In this document: positions 50,803 through 60,524 of the stretch, piece by piece | Numbering within the stretch: position 1 is the first letter of the stretch | Layout: the number at the start of each line of letters is the position of its first letter | NCBI GenBank assembly: GCA_046290225.1 | Contig: JBKAGE010000074.1 | Span: 1-64,000 of the forward strand | Origin: Bradymonadia bacterium | GTDB lineage: Bacteria > Myxococcota_A > Bradymonadia > UBA7976 > UBA1532 | Length of the DNA stretch: 64,000 bases | Reading direction: 5' to 3' | Program-made: the position numbers and the translations under genes | The notes under the pieces: model-generated | The model's database searches: none | What the model saw: the letters and a program-made list of their open reading frames with translations, nothing else | Told to the model about the DNA's origin: nothing

Positions 50803-52263
50803 ATGCTCACCTTGCACGACCGCATCCATGATCTCACCGGGCACGACATCAACAGGGCAGCCAGCCTGAGTACCCAGGACGTACAGGGGCTCCTTCTTCA
50901 AGCCGCCGAGCACGACGCCAACGGCAATGCCCGCAGGCTGCTGGTCGCTGCCAAACTCAAACATCTCCTGGATGTCCATCGGGCGAGAGGAGGCCGGATG
51001 GCGGACTTCGTCCAGTCACAGCCCTTCGGCCTGGGTCGGTCATCGATCTACAAGTTCCTCGCCGCCTTCAAGGCGATCCAGGCAGCAGACGATATCCCCG
51101 ACGATCTGCTGAACGTGCCCTTGGGTCAGATCCCCCACCGCTTGGGGCAACCCAGCAGCCCTCCACGCAAGACTCAGCGGACCATGGGCATCGGCGAGAT
51201 CGAGAAAGCCATCCAGGTGCTGCATCGAGCCCTGGCAGACCAACTGAGAGCCCACTCCGAGGTTAAGGGGCTTGCCCAGCTCTACGAGGTCCTGGGTGAC
51301 ATCCTCCACCCACCCGCTGCCAACGATGACGATGCTGAGGCTGTCGACCCTCATGAGAGCGTCAAGAGTGCCCCACGGCCCCAAACTCCCCAGATCAAGT
51401 CCAGCCGGAAAGCTAAGATCAGCTTGATGCCAGGGCTCTTCCCCCAGCCGGGCGGGAAGAGATGCTCCGCCCGTGAACTCCTGGGCCGGATCGGCCAACT
51501 CGGGCCGGAAGAGGTTTTTGTAGAGCCCTTCCTGGGTGGTGGTGTGGTGGCCCTCAACATGCTGAGATGGGGCCTCGCCAGCCGTGTTCGACTCAACGAC
51601 GCTGATGCAGCCGTGGCCGCCTACTGGACGGCGGTGATACGTCAGCCCGAGGCACTGGCATATCGCATCCATGGATGGGAGTGCAGCTTCGAGGCTGCCT
51701 GTCAGGCGATGAAAGCTCTTCGGGCTGGCACACTCGAAGGGGTGGACCTTGCCCTGGCGCACCTCATCTCTCGGAGAACCACCTTCAGGGCTCTTGGGCG
51801 TGCTGCCGGGAGTCCCTGCAAGAAGAACCTGGACATCAAGTGGAAGCCCGACTGTGACGTGGACAACCTGTGGGAAGCACACAGGGTCCTCAAAGGCCAG
51901 GTTGTGGGTGATAGATGTACATCCTCCCACGCCATCGACGTGCTGTCCGAGGGCGGACGCAAGTTCGCCTTCCTCGATCCGCCCTACGTCGAGCAGGGGC
52001 CTGACATGTACCGAGATCGGTTCTCCGTCCACGAGCATAAACGGTTGGCCCAAGCCCTCCATCAGGCCGATTACCCCTGGCTGGCCTGCTACGATGACGC
52101 CCTGCTGATCCGAAAGCTGTACGACGGGAGCGTCCTCGACAGGGTAGCGGTGTCGCACACCTCCACAGCGGTAAAGGGGGGCAAAGGCAAGACCCGCCGC
52201 CCTGAGCTGAGAATCTCCCACAGGGTTACGTCCTCAAGCTCTATCGAACGGTTGGCGGCGTAG
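50803..52263 (+). CDS. Dam-type (D12) DNA adenine methyltransferase with ~200-aa N-terminal extension
   Basis: PGGK, FVEPFLGGG, LNDAD, FLDPPY, H.RLA..L, W..CYDD...IR.LY. Confidence 0.88.
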   Translation: MLTLHDRIHDLTGHDINRAASLSTQDVQGLLLQAAEHDANGNARRLLVAAKLKHLLDVHRARGGRMADFVQSQPFGLGRSSIYKFLAAFKAIQAADDIPDDLLNVPLGQIPHRLGQPSSPPRKTQRTMGIGEIEKAIQVLHRALADQLRAHSEVKGLAQLYEVLGDILHPPAANDDDAEAVDPHESVKSAPRPQTPQIKSSRKAKISLMPGLFPQPGGKRCSARELLGRIGQLGPEEVFVEPFLGGGVVALNMLRWGLASRVRLNDADAAVAAYWTAVIRQPEALAYRIHGWECSFEAACQAMKALRAGTLEGVDLALAHLISRRTTFRALGRAAGSPCKKNLDIKWKPDCDVDNLWEAHRVLKGQVVGDRCTSSHAIDVLSEGGRKFAFLDPPYVEQGPDMYRDRFSVHEHKRLAQALHQADYPWLACYDDALLIRKLYDGSVLDRVAVSHTSTAVKGGKGKTRRPELRISHRVTSSSSIERLAA

Positions 52264-52923
52264 GAGCTCATGTAGAGTCCCCTGGGCTCAGTGTGGGAAG
52301 ATCTATGGAGCTGTGGACAAGGGGTGGGCAGACACAGGGGGCAGCTCAGGAGCCAGGAAGCTCATCAGGTCGTTGACGGACTTTCCAAAGCCACAGGCCA
52401 TGACTCTCAAGGTCTGCTTGGCCAGGGTCTCGGAGATGATGCATAGGGTGACGGCCACCAGGATGCTCATCTCAGGGGCGCCCAGGCCGAGTTCAGCTTG
52501 CAGCAGTGCGAGCCCCAGCTCCACCCATTAGGATCGTGAAGATGAGCCGGGGGGCGTTCTTGCAACTTCTCCCAGGCCCGGTCCCCTCTGGCCTGCCAGT
52601 GCCTGGGCTTGCTCTCATTGAATTGGGCCTTCCGTAGGGCCCTCACCTCATCGAGCTGAGGGCCCTTAGCTTCGACTCTCAGCCGCTTGAACCTCAGTAG
52701 GTGAGCAAGTCGTGCTGTTACTCGGCGTTGGTCGTGAACGTCCATCAGGGCCTCCGTCTGGTGGGACAGGGGGGCCTACTGGCGACAGCGCCCTCGACTA
52801 CCTTGGGATGGGCCGAGTCCCGGATTTCGGGACCTGCCGTCCGAGTGACGGGACACCCCTTCCCTGTCTCGGGATTGGCTAACCGAGATAGGCCGAGGGT
52901 GTCTTCTCAACGGGACCATATTT

Positions 52924-52984
52924 TCAAGTAGGGATCTCAAGTAGGGCTACCAAGCCAGGACCTAAGTAGGGCATCCAAGCTGGG
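52924..52984 (+). repeat. Five ~13-bp-period iteron-like repeats (consensus approx. YCAAGTAGGG)
   Basis: TCAAGTAGGG at 52924 and 52937, CCAAGCCAGG at 52950, CTAAGTAGGG at 52962, CCAAGCTGGG at 52975. Confidence 0.65.
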
Positions 52985-53170
52985 GGGAGGATTGCTCCTT
53001 CGGGGAGATGGGTGTGGTCGGGGTTCATGAAGGGGATCGGCTACCCCTACCCCAAGAAAATCGCTCCGAGGGGGGTGTGCCTCGATGTCCACCGAGTAGG
53101 TGAGCAGGGGGCCGGGAATACCGGGTCCACCAACACCTACAAGGGGCCAAAGACCCCGAAGGAGCCCATC

Positions 53171-53362
53171 ATGAAGGACACCAAGGTCATCTCTGTGAGG
53201 ATGCCTGAAAGCCTGCTCGCCACCCTGGATGAGTTGAGTAAGATCGAGGCAGAGAAGATCGGCAAGGCCAGCGCCGTCAGCGTCAACATCTCCCGGTCGG
53301 CCATCGTCAACCAGCTCATCGAGCTGGGCATCGAGTGCTGGAAGGAGGCCCAGGATGGCTGA
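53171..53362 (+). CDS. Ribbon-helix-helix (CopG-like) protein
   Basis: AAGGAG SD; VISVRMPESLL..LD.L....SRSAIV..LIE.G. Confidence 0.75.
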   Translation: MKDTKVISVRMPESLLATLDELSKIEAEKIGKASAVSVNISRSAIVNQLIELGIECWKEAQDG

Positions 53363-54449
53363 CCAGAAGACCTACGCCTGGGGGGAGATCGTGACCCTGG
53401 GCAGCCTGCGGGTGGGCTCCACCAGGGAGCGGCTGATCCAATTCTACCGGATGCTCGGATCCCGGCCTGGCAAGATTACCATCTACACCCCCGAGCAGAT
53501 CGCCAAGGTGATCGGGATCGACGACACTAAGCGAGAGTCGGCTGCCCGGAAGATCCAGAAGGTTAGGAGCGAGCTGGTGGCCAAGGGCATCCTGGAACGG
53601 GTGGAGGACCCCAGCCACCTTAGCCAGGACGACACGCCCATCTACTCCTGGCGGACCGTGGACCCCGAGCTGGATGCCGAAGCCTTCGAGATCCTGAACC
53701 GTAAGGCTCCCGCCTGGCGGCAGTACATCATCCAGGGTGAACAGGCCTACTGGAACCTGCGTGCCCTGGTGGACAATATGCCGAGCGTGGCCATGCTCAC
53801 GTACAAGGACGATAGGATGGCTTGGCACGACGCCTTCCCCGAGCTGGTGGATTTCAAGAACACGGACATCATCAACCTGTGGGCGAATAAGGTACCCAGG
53901 GCGATCCGCAGCAAGAAGCACCCTCTGGCCTCCCGGCTGGATCACAGGGGTAAGTGGGTCGGGATCGAGGACGAGGACATCCGCCTGCAAGTGGCCCTGT
54001 TGGGCATCGACAAGCTGATCCAGGATCGGCTGTCGGGGAACCCGAACTGGGTCGAGACTATCGAGAGTCCTGTGGGCTGGCTCCTCTCGACCCTGGGCAA
54101 GGTCGGTAGCCCCAAACACCCTGACTGCGATCCGAAGGTCACGGCGTCCCAGGTCGAGCAGTTCCTCATGGAGTGGCAGGGCTGGTACCTCACTGACTTG
54201 GCCAACGAGGCCCTGGAAGACCAGACCCCCGAGCGGTTCAAGAAGACTGACGAAGAAGGCGAGGAGAGCCTCGATGAAGGCCCCGAGGGCTTTGCAAGGG
54301 ACAAGATCCAGGGTGAGCCTGAGAAGGCCACCAACACCACTGCTGCGCCGCCTGACAGGGACAACCATCTGAACTATGAGGACAGTGGTGAAGTGGACAT
54401 GGACGACATCGAGAGGGCTTTGGGGGAGATCATGTCGCAGGATGACTGA
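53355..54449 (+). CDS. Hypothetical protein, candidate replication initiator (N-terminal winged HTH)
   Basis: Overlaps the RHH gene with a GGAGG SD; QIAKVIG..RKIQK..SELVAKGILE wHTH pattern. Function inferred from context. Confidence 0.5.
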   Translation: MADQKTYAWGEIVTLGSLRVGSTRERLIQFYRMLGSRPGKITIYTPEQIAKVIGIDDTKRESAARKIQKVRSELVAKGILERVEDPSHLSQDDTPIYSWRTVDPELDAEAFEILNRKAPAWRQYIIQGEQAYWNLRALVDNMPSVAMLTYKDDRMAWHDAFPELVDFKNTDIINLWANKVPRAIRSKKHPLASRLDHRGKWVGIEDEDIRLQVALLGIDKLIQDRLSGNPNWVETIESPVGWLLSTLGKVGSPKHPDCDPKVTASQVEQFLMEWQGWYLTDLANEALEDQTPERFKKTDEEGEESLDEGPEGFARDKIQGEPEKATNTTAAPPDRDNHLNYEDSGEVDMDDIERALGEIMSQDD

Positions 54450-54530
54450 GGGGGGGGTCTGCGGGAGCCTTGGCTGGGTATTACAAGTGAGGCCCCGATT
54501 TTCGGGGCGAACACCACGGCGGAGGTCACC

Positions 54531-54722
54531 ATGCCCACCATCGAGATCACCCTGACGGCTGACCAGAGCGTGCGGTTCGACGGCACCAAGATCGTCATCA
54601 CCGACTTGGCCGTCACCAAGCCTCCCGAGATGAGCTTCAATATCGAGGCCCAACCTCTGTTGAGTAGGCCCTCGAAGCACCGCAAGACCCGCAAGCATTC
54701 CCTGGCCCTGGCCACCCGATAG
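54531..54722 (+). CDS. Small hypothetical protein
   Basis: GGAGG SD before ATG; coding-like 5' half. Confidence 0.45.
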   Translation: MPTIEITLTADQSVRFDGTKIVITDLAVTKPPEMSFNIEAQPLLSRPSKHRKTRKHSLALATR

Positions 54723-55333
54723 GAGGTCCAGAGTTAGGCTCTGAGAGGGCCTGACAGATCCTCTTGGAGTCCGACGACCACTTTGACATCGAGGGTCACA
54801 GCAGGGTCTACAACGGCCCACAAAGCCAGGGAGGCTGCGTGTTCCTCCTGCTGAATGAGGTGGGGCAGCCGATCCACGACAACTTCCAGGTAGTGACGGT
54901 TTTTCATATTGGCCTCCTATCCCTTGCGTCCTCATAGGACGACCACCTCGATCATCGAACCCGCACGCAAATCGAGATCGGGCTCTCGGTCATCGAGACC
55001 GAAACCATCAACGGGGGTGGTGAGGGTGAAGGTGAGCCCGAAGTGTGGGGCCTGATGCCCATCGGCAACGGGTCCAGACCCCTGGGGGTTGGGACGGGTT
55101 TCCTGGCCCGGCTGGCCGCCTGCCCAGCTTCGGGGGTCATAGGGTCCCAGCAGCCCCAACCAAGATACTCACCCCACCAGCGCCCCATCACAGCCCGACG
55201 CAAGCTGCAGCGTTGATCACGAACAAATGCCTGTGCCGGATGTAGCTCCGAAGCAGCGTCATAGAGTTGTGCCCCGTCTGGTTCATGATCGCCATCTCAC
55301 ACCGCCCGGCCCTAGTGGCACGGGCTACCTGAA

Positions 55334-56050
55334 TCAGGCAGGCCGGGCTGCCCCAGCCTTCGAGGTCCAGCGCCTCAAGTGATCTGCAAAGGTCTGGCTG
55401 ACGCCGTCCTCGTGTCGGCCAACCACCTGAGCGAATTCCTCGAAGTCGATCACGTTGTCGTCCCCCACCTCCTTGGTGGGCTGGATGTAGATCACCTCGA
55501 TGTCAAACTCGCCGGGCCCCACGGTAACCCTGCTCTTACGCAGTAGCTCCCCCAGCCCCGACCTCCCCTTCGGAAAGATGAAGTCCATCAGTTCAGCGTG
55601 CAGGGAGAGGCAGCCGTGATCAGCCAAGGCTTGGAGCAGATGGGCATACTTTTGACGGTACGTAGATTTGGTAACCAGCACGATCTCGATGAGGCCCTCA
55701 AGGAGCGCCGATATTCCAACCTCCTTAGCCCGACGCAGGTAGTCGTCCTGTTTGTCCCTACGGCTCCCGATATCCGTCTTCAACTCGACCATGTAGAGCT
55801 TGCTGCGGTCTGCGGCAAAGGCAACGTAGTCAACCTGTACGGAGTGCCCAGTCGACTTGTGGGACCCGATTAACTCCCTCTTGATGGGGAACTCAGGCAC
55901 GAGGCTCGGGCTCACGGGGACTCCCGTGACCTCCTCCAAGACCTCGACCAAGTACAACGAGAAGAAGATGTCAGCCCGACGCTCAAGCTGATAGGCGGGC
56001 AGATGCCGCCAGCGATCCATATGGCTAAAGAGCTGCTCGATGCGATTCAT
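55334..56050 (-). CDS. PD-(D/E)XK-like nuclease candidate
   Basis: PEFP..VDYV....MVELKTD..Q..YL matches the E..D..ExK arrangement. Confidence 0.6.
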   Translation of the reverse strand: MNRIEQLFSHMDRWRHLPAYQLERRADIFFSLYLVEVLEEVTGVPVSPSLVPEFPIKRELIGSHKSTGHSVQVDYVAFAADRSKLYMVELKTDIGSRRDKQDDYLRRAKEVGISALLEGLIEIVLVTKSTYRQKYAHLLQALADHGCLSLHAELMDFIFPKGRSGLGELLRKSRVTVGPGEFDIEVIYIQPTKEVGDDNVIDFEEFAQVVGRHEDGVSQTFADHLRRWTSKAGAARPA

Positions 56051-56118
56051 GCTGGCAAGCATAGGTCGATGTTGAGCAGTTCCGCCACGACAGCTTTCGA
56101 GCTGGGTGTCCCTAAGCC

Positions 56119-57213
56119 CTACAACTCGATGTGCCGGGCGGCGCACTCCTCAGCCAGGGCGCCCTCCTCGATGTACCCCTTGAGGACCCGACTCCCCGGG
56201 CTGTGGCCCGTGGAGCGGGAGATCTCGGCCTCGCTGGCCCCGAGCCTGGAAGCCTCCGTGCAAAAGCCCCGGCGCAAGCTGTGCCCGCTGAATAGTGAGG
56301 GGTCCAAGGAGGCCCTGGCTGCCAGCCTTTGCACCATCCTTGCGATGCCCCGCCCTGAGAGTCTCTCGAAGCCTCTGGCTGCCCGGTCGAGGCGGATGAA
56401 AAGGGGGCCCTCCTCGTCTCCCCGGATCACCAACCAAGCTCTGAGGGCCCTCACAGGACAAGCCTCCTCCCGAGCTTGATAGGGGGCCAGCACGTCCCGC
56501 CCTCGGCCGAGCTGATCGGTCTTGCTGCGACGGAGATGGAGTATCACCCCCTCTGGCTCGAAAGTGATGTCCCCGAGGTCCAGGGCGGCGATCTCTGAGC
56601 GTCGGAGACCGGTGAGGAACCCGAGCAGCAGGATCGCCCGATCCCTGGTATCGACGGGCAGGCCCCCGAGTACATCCAGGCAACGGCGAACGTGAGACAC
56701 CCGCAGGGCCTTCTTGGGGGACCTCCGCTCACCCTTGACCCGAGCGATCCCGGCCATCGTGAGCCGCACTGCCTCATGCGTGGTGGGGCTGTCGAGTCCA
56801 CGGACCTTGTGGACGACGGAGATGGCGGCCAGGTGCTTCCGCAGCGTCTGGGGCTTGAGCGAGTCAGCAGAGTCAGCCACGTAGGCCGCCACCGTCTGTG
56901 GGGAGGCCGGTAGGGCCGGGAGAGACCTCATGGAGCACCAGACCTCGAACCTGGACCACGCTGACTTGTAGGTCCGCAAGGTTGAGTCGGCCCTTGAAGC
57001 CTTGGCGTACTCTCGTGCCTTCTCTACGACCTGTGGGCTGAGCCCTTGACGAGGGCCCCCTTCGAGGGCCTTGCCGGTGGTGGTGTCAGGGACCTTGTCT
57101 TCGGGGACCTCGGTATGAAGCCCCTCTTCATAGGGGACTTCACCCTTTGGGGGGCTTGCTCGAACCAGCAGTTGGTTGCCCTCTCGATCACCCCTGATCT
57201 TGCCATCGTCCAT
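56119..57213 (-). CDS. Cre-like tyrosine recombinase/resolvase
   Basis: RDRAILLLGF.TGLRRSE, RSKTDQ.G.G, CPVRAL, SGHSLRRG, TGH, GY; GGAGG SD before ATG 57213 (start tentative). Confidence 0.9.
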   Translation of the reverse strand: MDDGKIRGDREGNQLLVRASPPKGEVPYEEGLHTEVPEDKVPDTTTGKALEGGPRQGLSPQVVEKAREYAKASRADSTLRTYKSAWSRFEVWCSMRSLPALPASPQTVAAYVADSADSLKPQTLRKHLAAISVVHKVRGLDSPTTHEAVRLTMAGIARVKGERRSPKKALRVSHVRRCLDVLGGLPVDTRDRAILLLGFLTGLRRSEIAALDLGDITFEPEGVILHLRRSKTDQLGRGRDVLAPYQAREEACPVRALRAWLVIRGDEEGPLFIRLDRAARGFERLSGRGIARMVQRLAARASLDPSLFSGHSLRRGFCTEASRLGASEAEISRSTGHSPGSRVLKGYIEEGALAEECAARHIEL

Positions 57214-57734
57214 CTCAACCTCCATGGGGCCGAGAACATCCACTTCTCGGCCCCATGGATACTGGGCAGCGGCCCGTGGATTACAGGGCCCTGATGGTCC
57301 CCTCACCGGGGCATCCGAAACCGCTCGGAAAACTTCCCGGGGCCCCCAGGCGATCCAGATCTCGGATGTAAGGTCCGCACCCAAAAAGCCAAGGGCTGAG
57401 AATCCGGTTTGCGGAAGACGGCTTTTGAGGCTGTGGCGAGGTTGCTCATACCCATCTTCAGTCCCATCGAGGCGTCGCCCAGAGCGTGCAGAACGGGGTC
57501 AGCCACTTTCTTCGAGGAGGGCGTAATCAGAGAGGTCGAGATCAGTATGTAGTGTGAACCCAAGGCCGCCCGGCTGACGCCATCCCAGGTCTGAGGAGCA
57601 CGTAGCCAGTCAAGTAGCCCGGTTTCGCTGGAAGGCCCCCAAGATGGTCGAGGGGGGTCGCCCTTCCTGTGTATAGGAGTGGTCTCGATATAAGCGGCGA
57701 TCACTCCATCAACCTTCCTCCTATCGAGGCTGTC

Positions 57735-58127
57735 ATGCAGACACTCGCAACTAACTCGGAGGTCGAGAAGTTCTTCGGGATTGCACCCAGAACACTGCGG
57801 GCGCTGTGTGTTGACTCTCGGCAGGCAGGGATTGAGATGCCATCTATAGGTATGGGGCGTCTTCGTCGGTGGACGGGTGGGCCGGAGTGCTGGATGGCAT
57901 GGTACGACAAGGTGGTAGCATGGCGAGCATCAGGAAGCGTGGCAGCACCTATCAGGTCCGCTGGCGGGACCTTGAAGGCATCGAGCGGGGGCAGAGGTGC
58001 CCGGACCTTCAGACGGCGAGACGGGTCAGGCTCGAAGTTGAGCAGGCACTCGCAGTTGGCAAAGACTGGCGACCCCGAGATCGTGCTGATCCACCCAGCC
58101 TCTCTGAGGTCTTCCAACAGTACCTGA
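57735..58127 (+). CDS. Excisionase-like small HTH protein overlapping the integrase start
   Basis: T..EV.KFFGI.PRTL..L....MP.I.MG.LRRW pattern; position directly before int. Confidence 0.55.
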   Translation: MQTLATNSEVEKFFGIAPRTLRALCVDSRQAGIEMPSIGMGRLRRWTGGPECWMAWYDKVVAWRASGSVAAPIRSAGGTLKASSGGRGARTFRRRDGSGSKLSRHSQLAKTGDPEIVLIHPASLRSSNST

Positions 58128-59056
58128 CCGAGATCGCCAGAAGGGTCAAGGACACTACCGCCGAGCAGTACCGTATTGCCCTTCGGCTCTTCTTGGTTCA
58201 CCTGCGCCAGGAGAAGCCCCAGGGTACCCTTCAACCGGCGCTGCTTAAGGATGAGGTGTTGGGGACCTTCTTTGACAGTCTCCTGTCGACCAACAACCGA
58301 TCCAGTGCCGCTGATGCCGTTCGGCACGTCCAGAGGGCTTGGCGCTGGGCCTACCGAAAGAACCGACGCTTCGGCGGGAGTGTGCCGCCGCCTGAAGAGA
58401 TTGAACTGCCTCAGCGAGAGATTCTCCTGCGACCGTGGGCTCCTTCGTGGAGCATGGCAGACGAAGTCATCTGGGCGGCTTGGTCGGCCAAGCAGGCCAA
58501 ATGGTACGGCGACTTCCTGGCGCTGCTGCGGTACACGGGACTCCGAAAGTCGCAGATCATGAAGCTCCGCTGGTCCGATCTCGACTTGACGAACTGTCAA
58601 CTCTACATTCGCCCCGAGCTGGGAAAGTCCAAGCAGGAGGCCCGTGGTAGGACGATCCCGGTCACGCCTCACTTGGTCGAGTTGGTGAGTGGCTGGGATC
58701 GCCACAGCGATTACCTCGTGGCCACGGACAAGCCACAGCGGCGGATCGATAACATCACCCTTCGGAAACGGTGGGAGGCGGCAGGGATTGAGCCGGAGGA
58801 TCTGCGGCAGCCCACACACTCATTCAGGAAGATGATCGTGTCGGAACTGAGGAAGGCCAGGGCGGACCCGATGGCCGTCAAGGCTCTGGTCGGCCACCAA
58901 CTCGACATGACCGCTGACGTGTACACCACGTTCGAGGCGATGATGCCACTTATGGAGGAAGCCGTCGGGCACATCCCAAAGATTGGTGCCGGAGACAGCA
59001 ACCTCGTACCACTTCGTGGACACCTCGTGGACACGAGGTCCAATGCCGGTGGCTAA
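57920..59056 (+). CDS. int: Tyrosine integrase of the element
   Basis: MASIRKRG..YQVRWR arm-binding N-terminus, YTGLRKS, SK, HSFRK, LVGH, VY; ends 41 bp from the core. Confidence 0.92.
   Translation: MASIRKRGSTYQVRWRDLEGIERGQRCPDLQTARRVRLEVEQALAVGKDWRPRDRADPPSLSEVFQQYLTEIARRVKDTTAEQYRIALRLFLVHLRQEKPQGTLQPALLKDEVLGTFFDSLLSTNNRSSAADAVRHVQRAWRWAYRKNRRFGGSVPPPEEIELPQREILLRPWAPSWSMADEVIWAAWSAKQAKWYGDFLALLRYTGLRKSQIMKLRWSDLDLTNCQLYIRPELGKSKQEARGRTIPVTPHLVELVSGWDRHSDYLVATDKPQRRIDNITLRKRWEAAGIEPEDLRQPTHSFRKMIVSELRKARADPMAVKALVGHQLDMTADVYTTFEAMMPLMEEAVGHIPKIGAGDSNLVPLRGHLVDTRSNAGG
59016..59033 (+). repeat. Putative arm-type sites GTGGACA x2
   Basis: Copies at 59016 and 59027, inside the int 3' end. 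Confidence 0.7.
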
Positions 59057-59074
59057 GGCTCTGAAATTACTTGC

Positions 59075-60484
<1,410 letters not shown>

Positions 60485-60524
60485 GTTCCCTCAGCTCGGC
60501 AGATCGAATGCTGAGCAGCCTACC

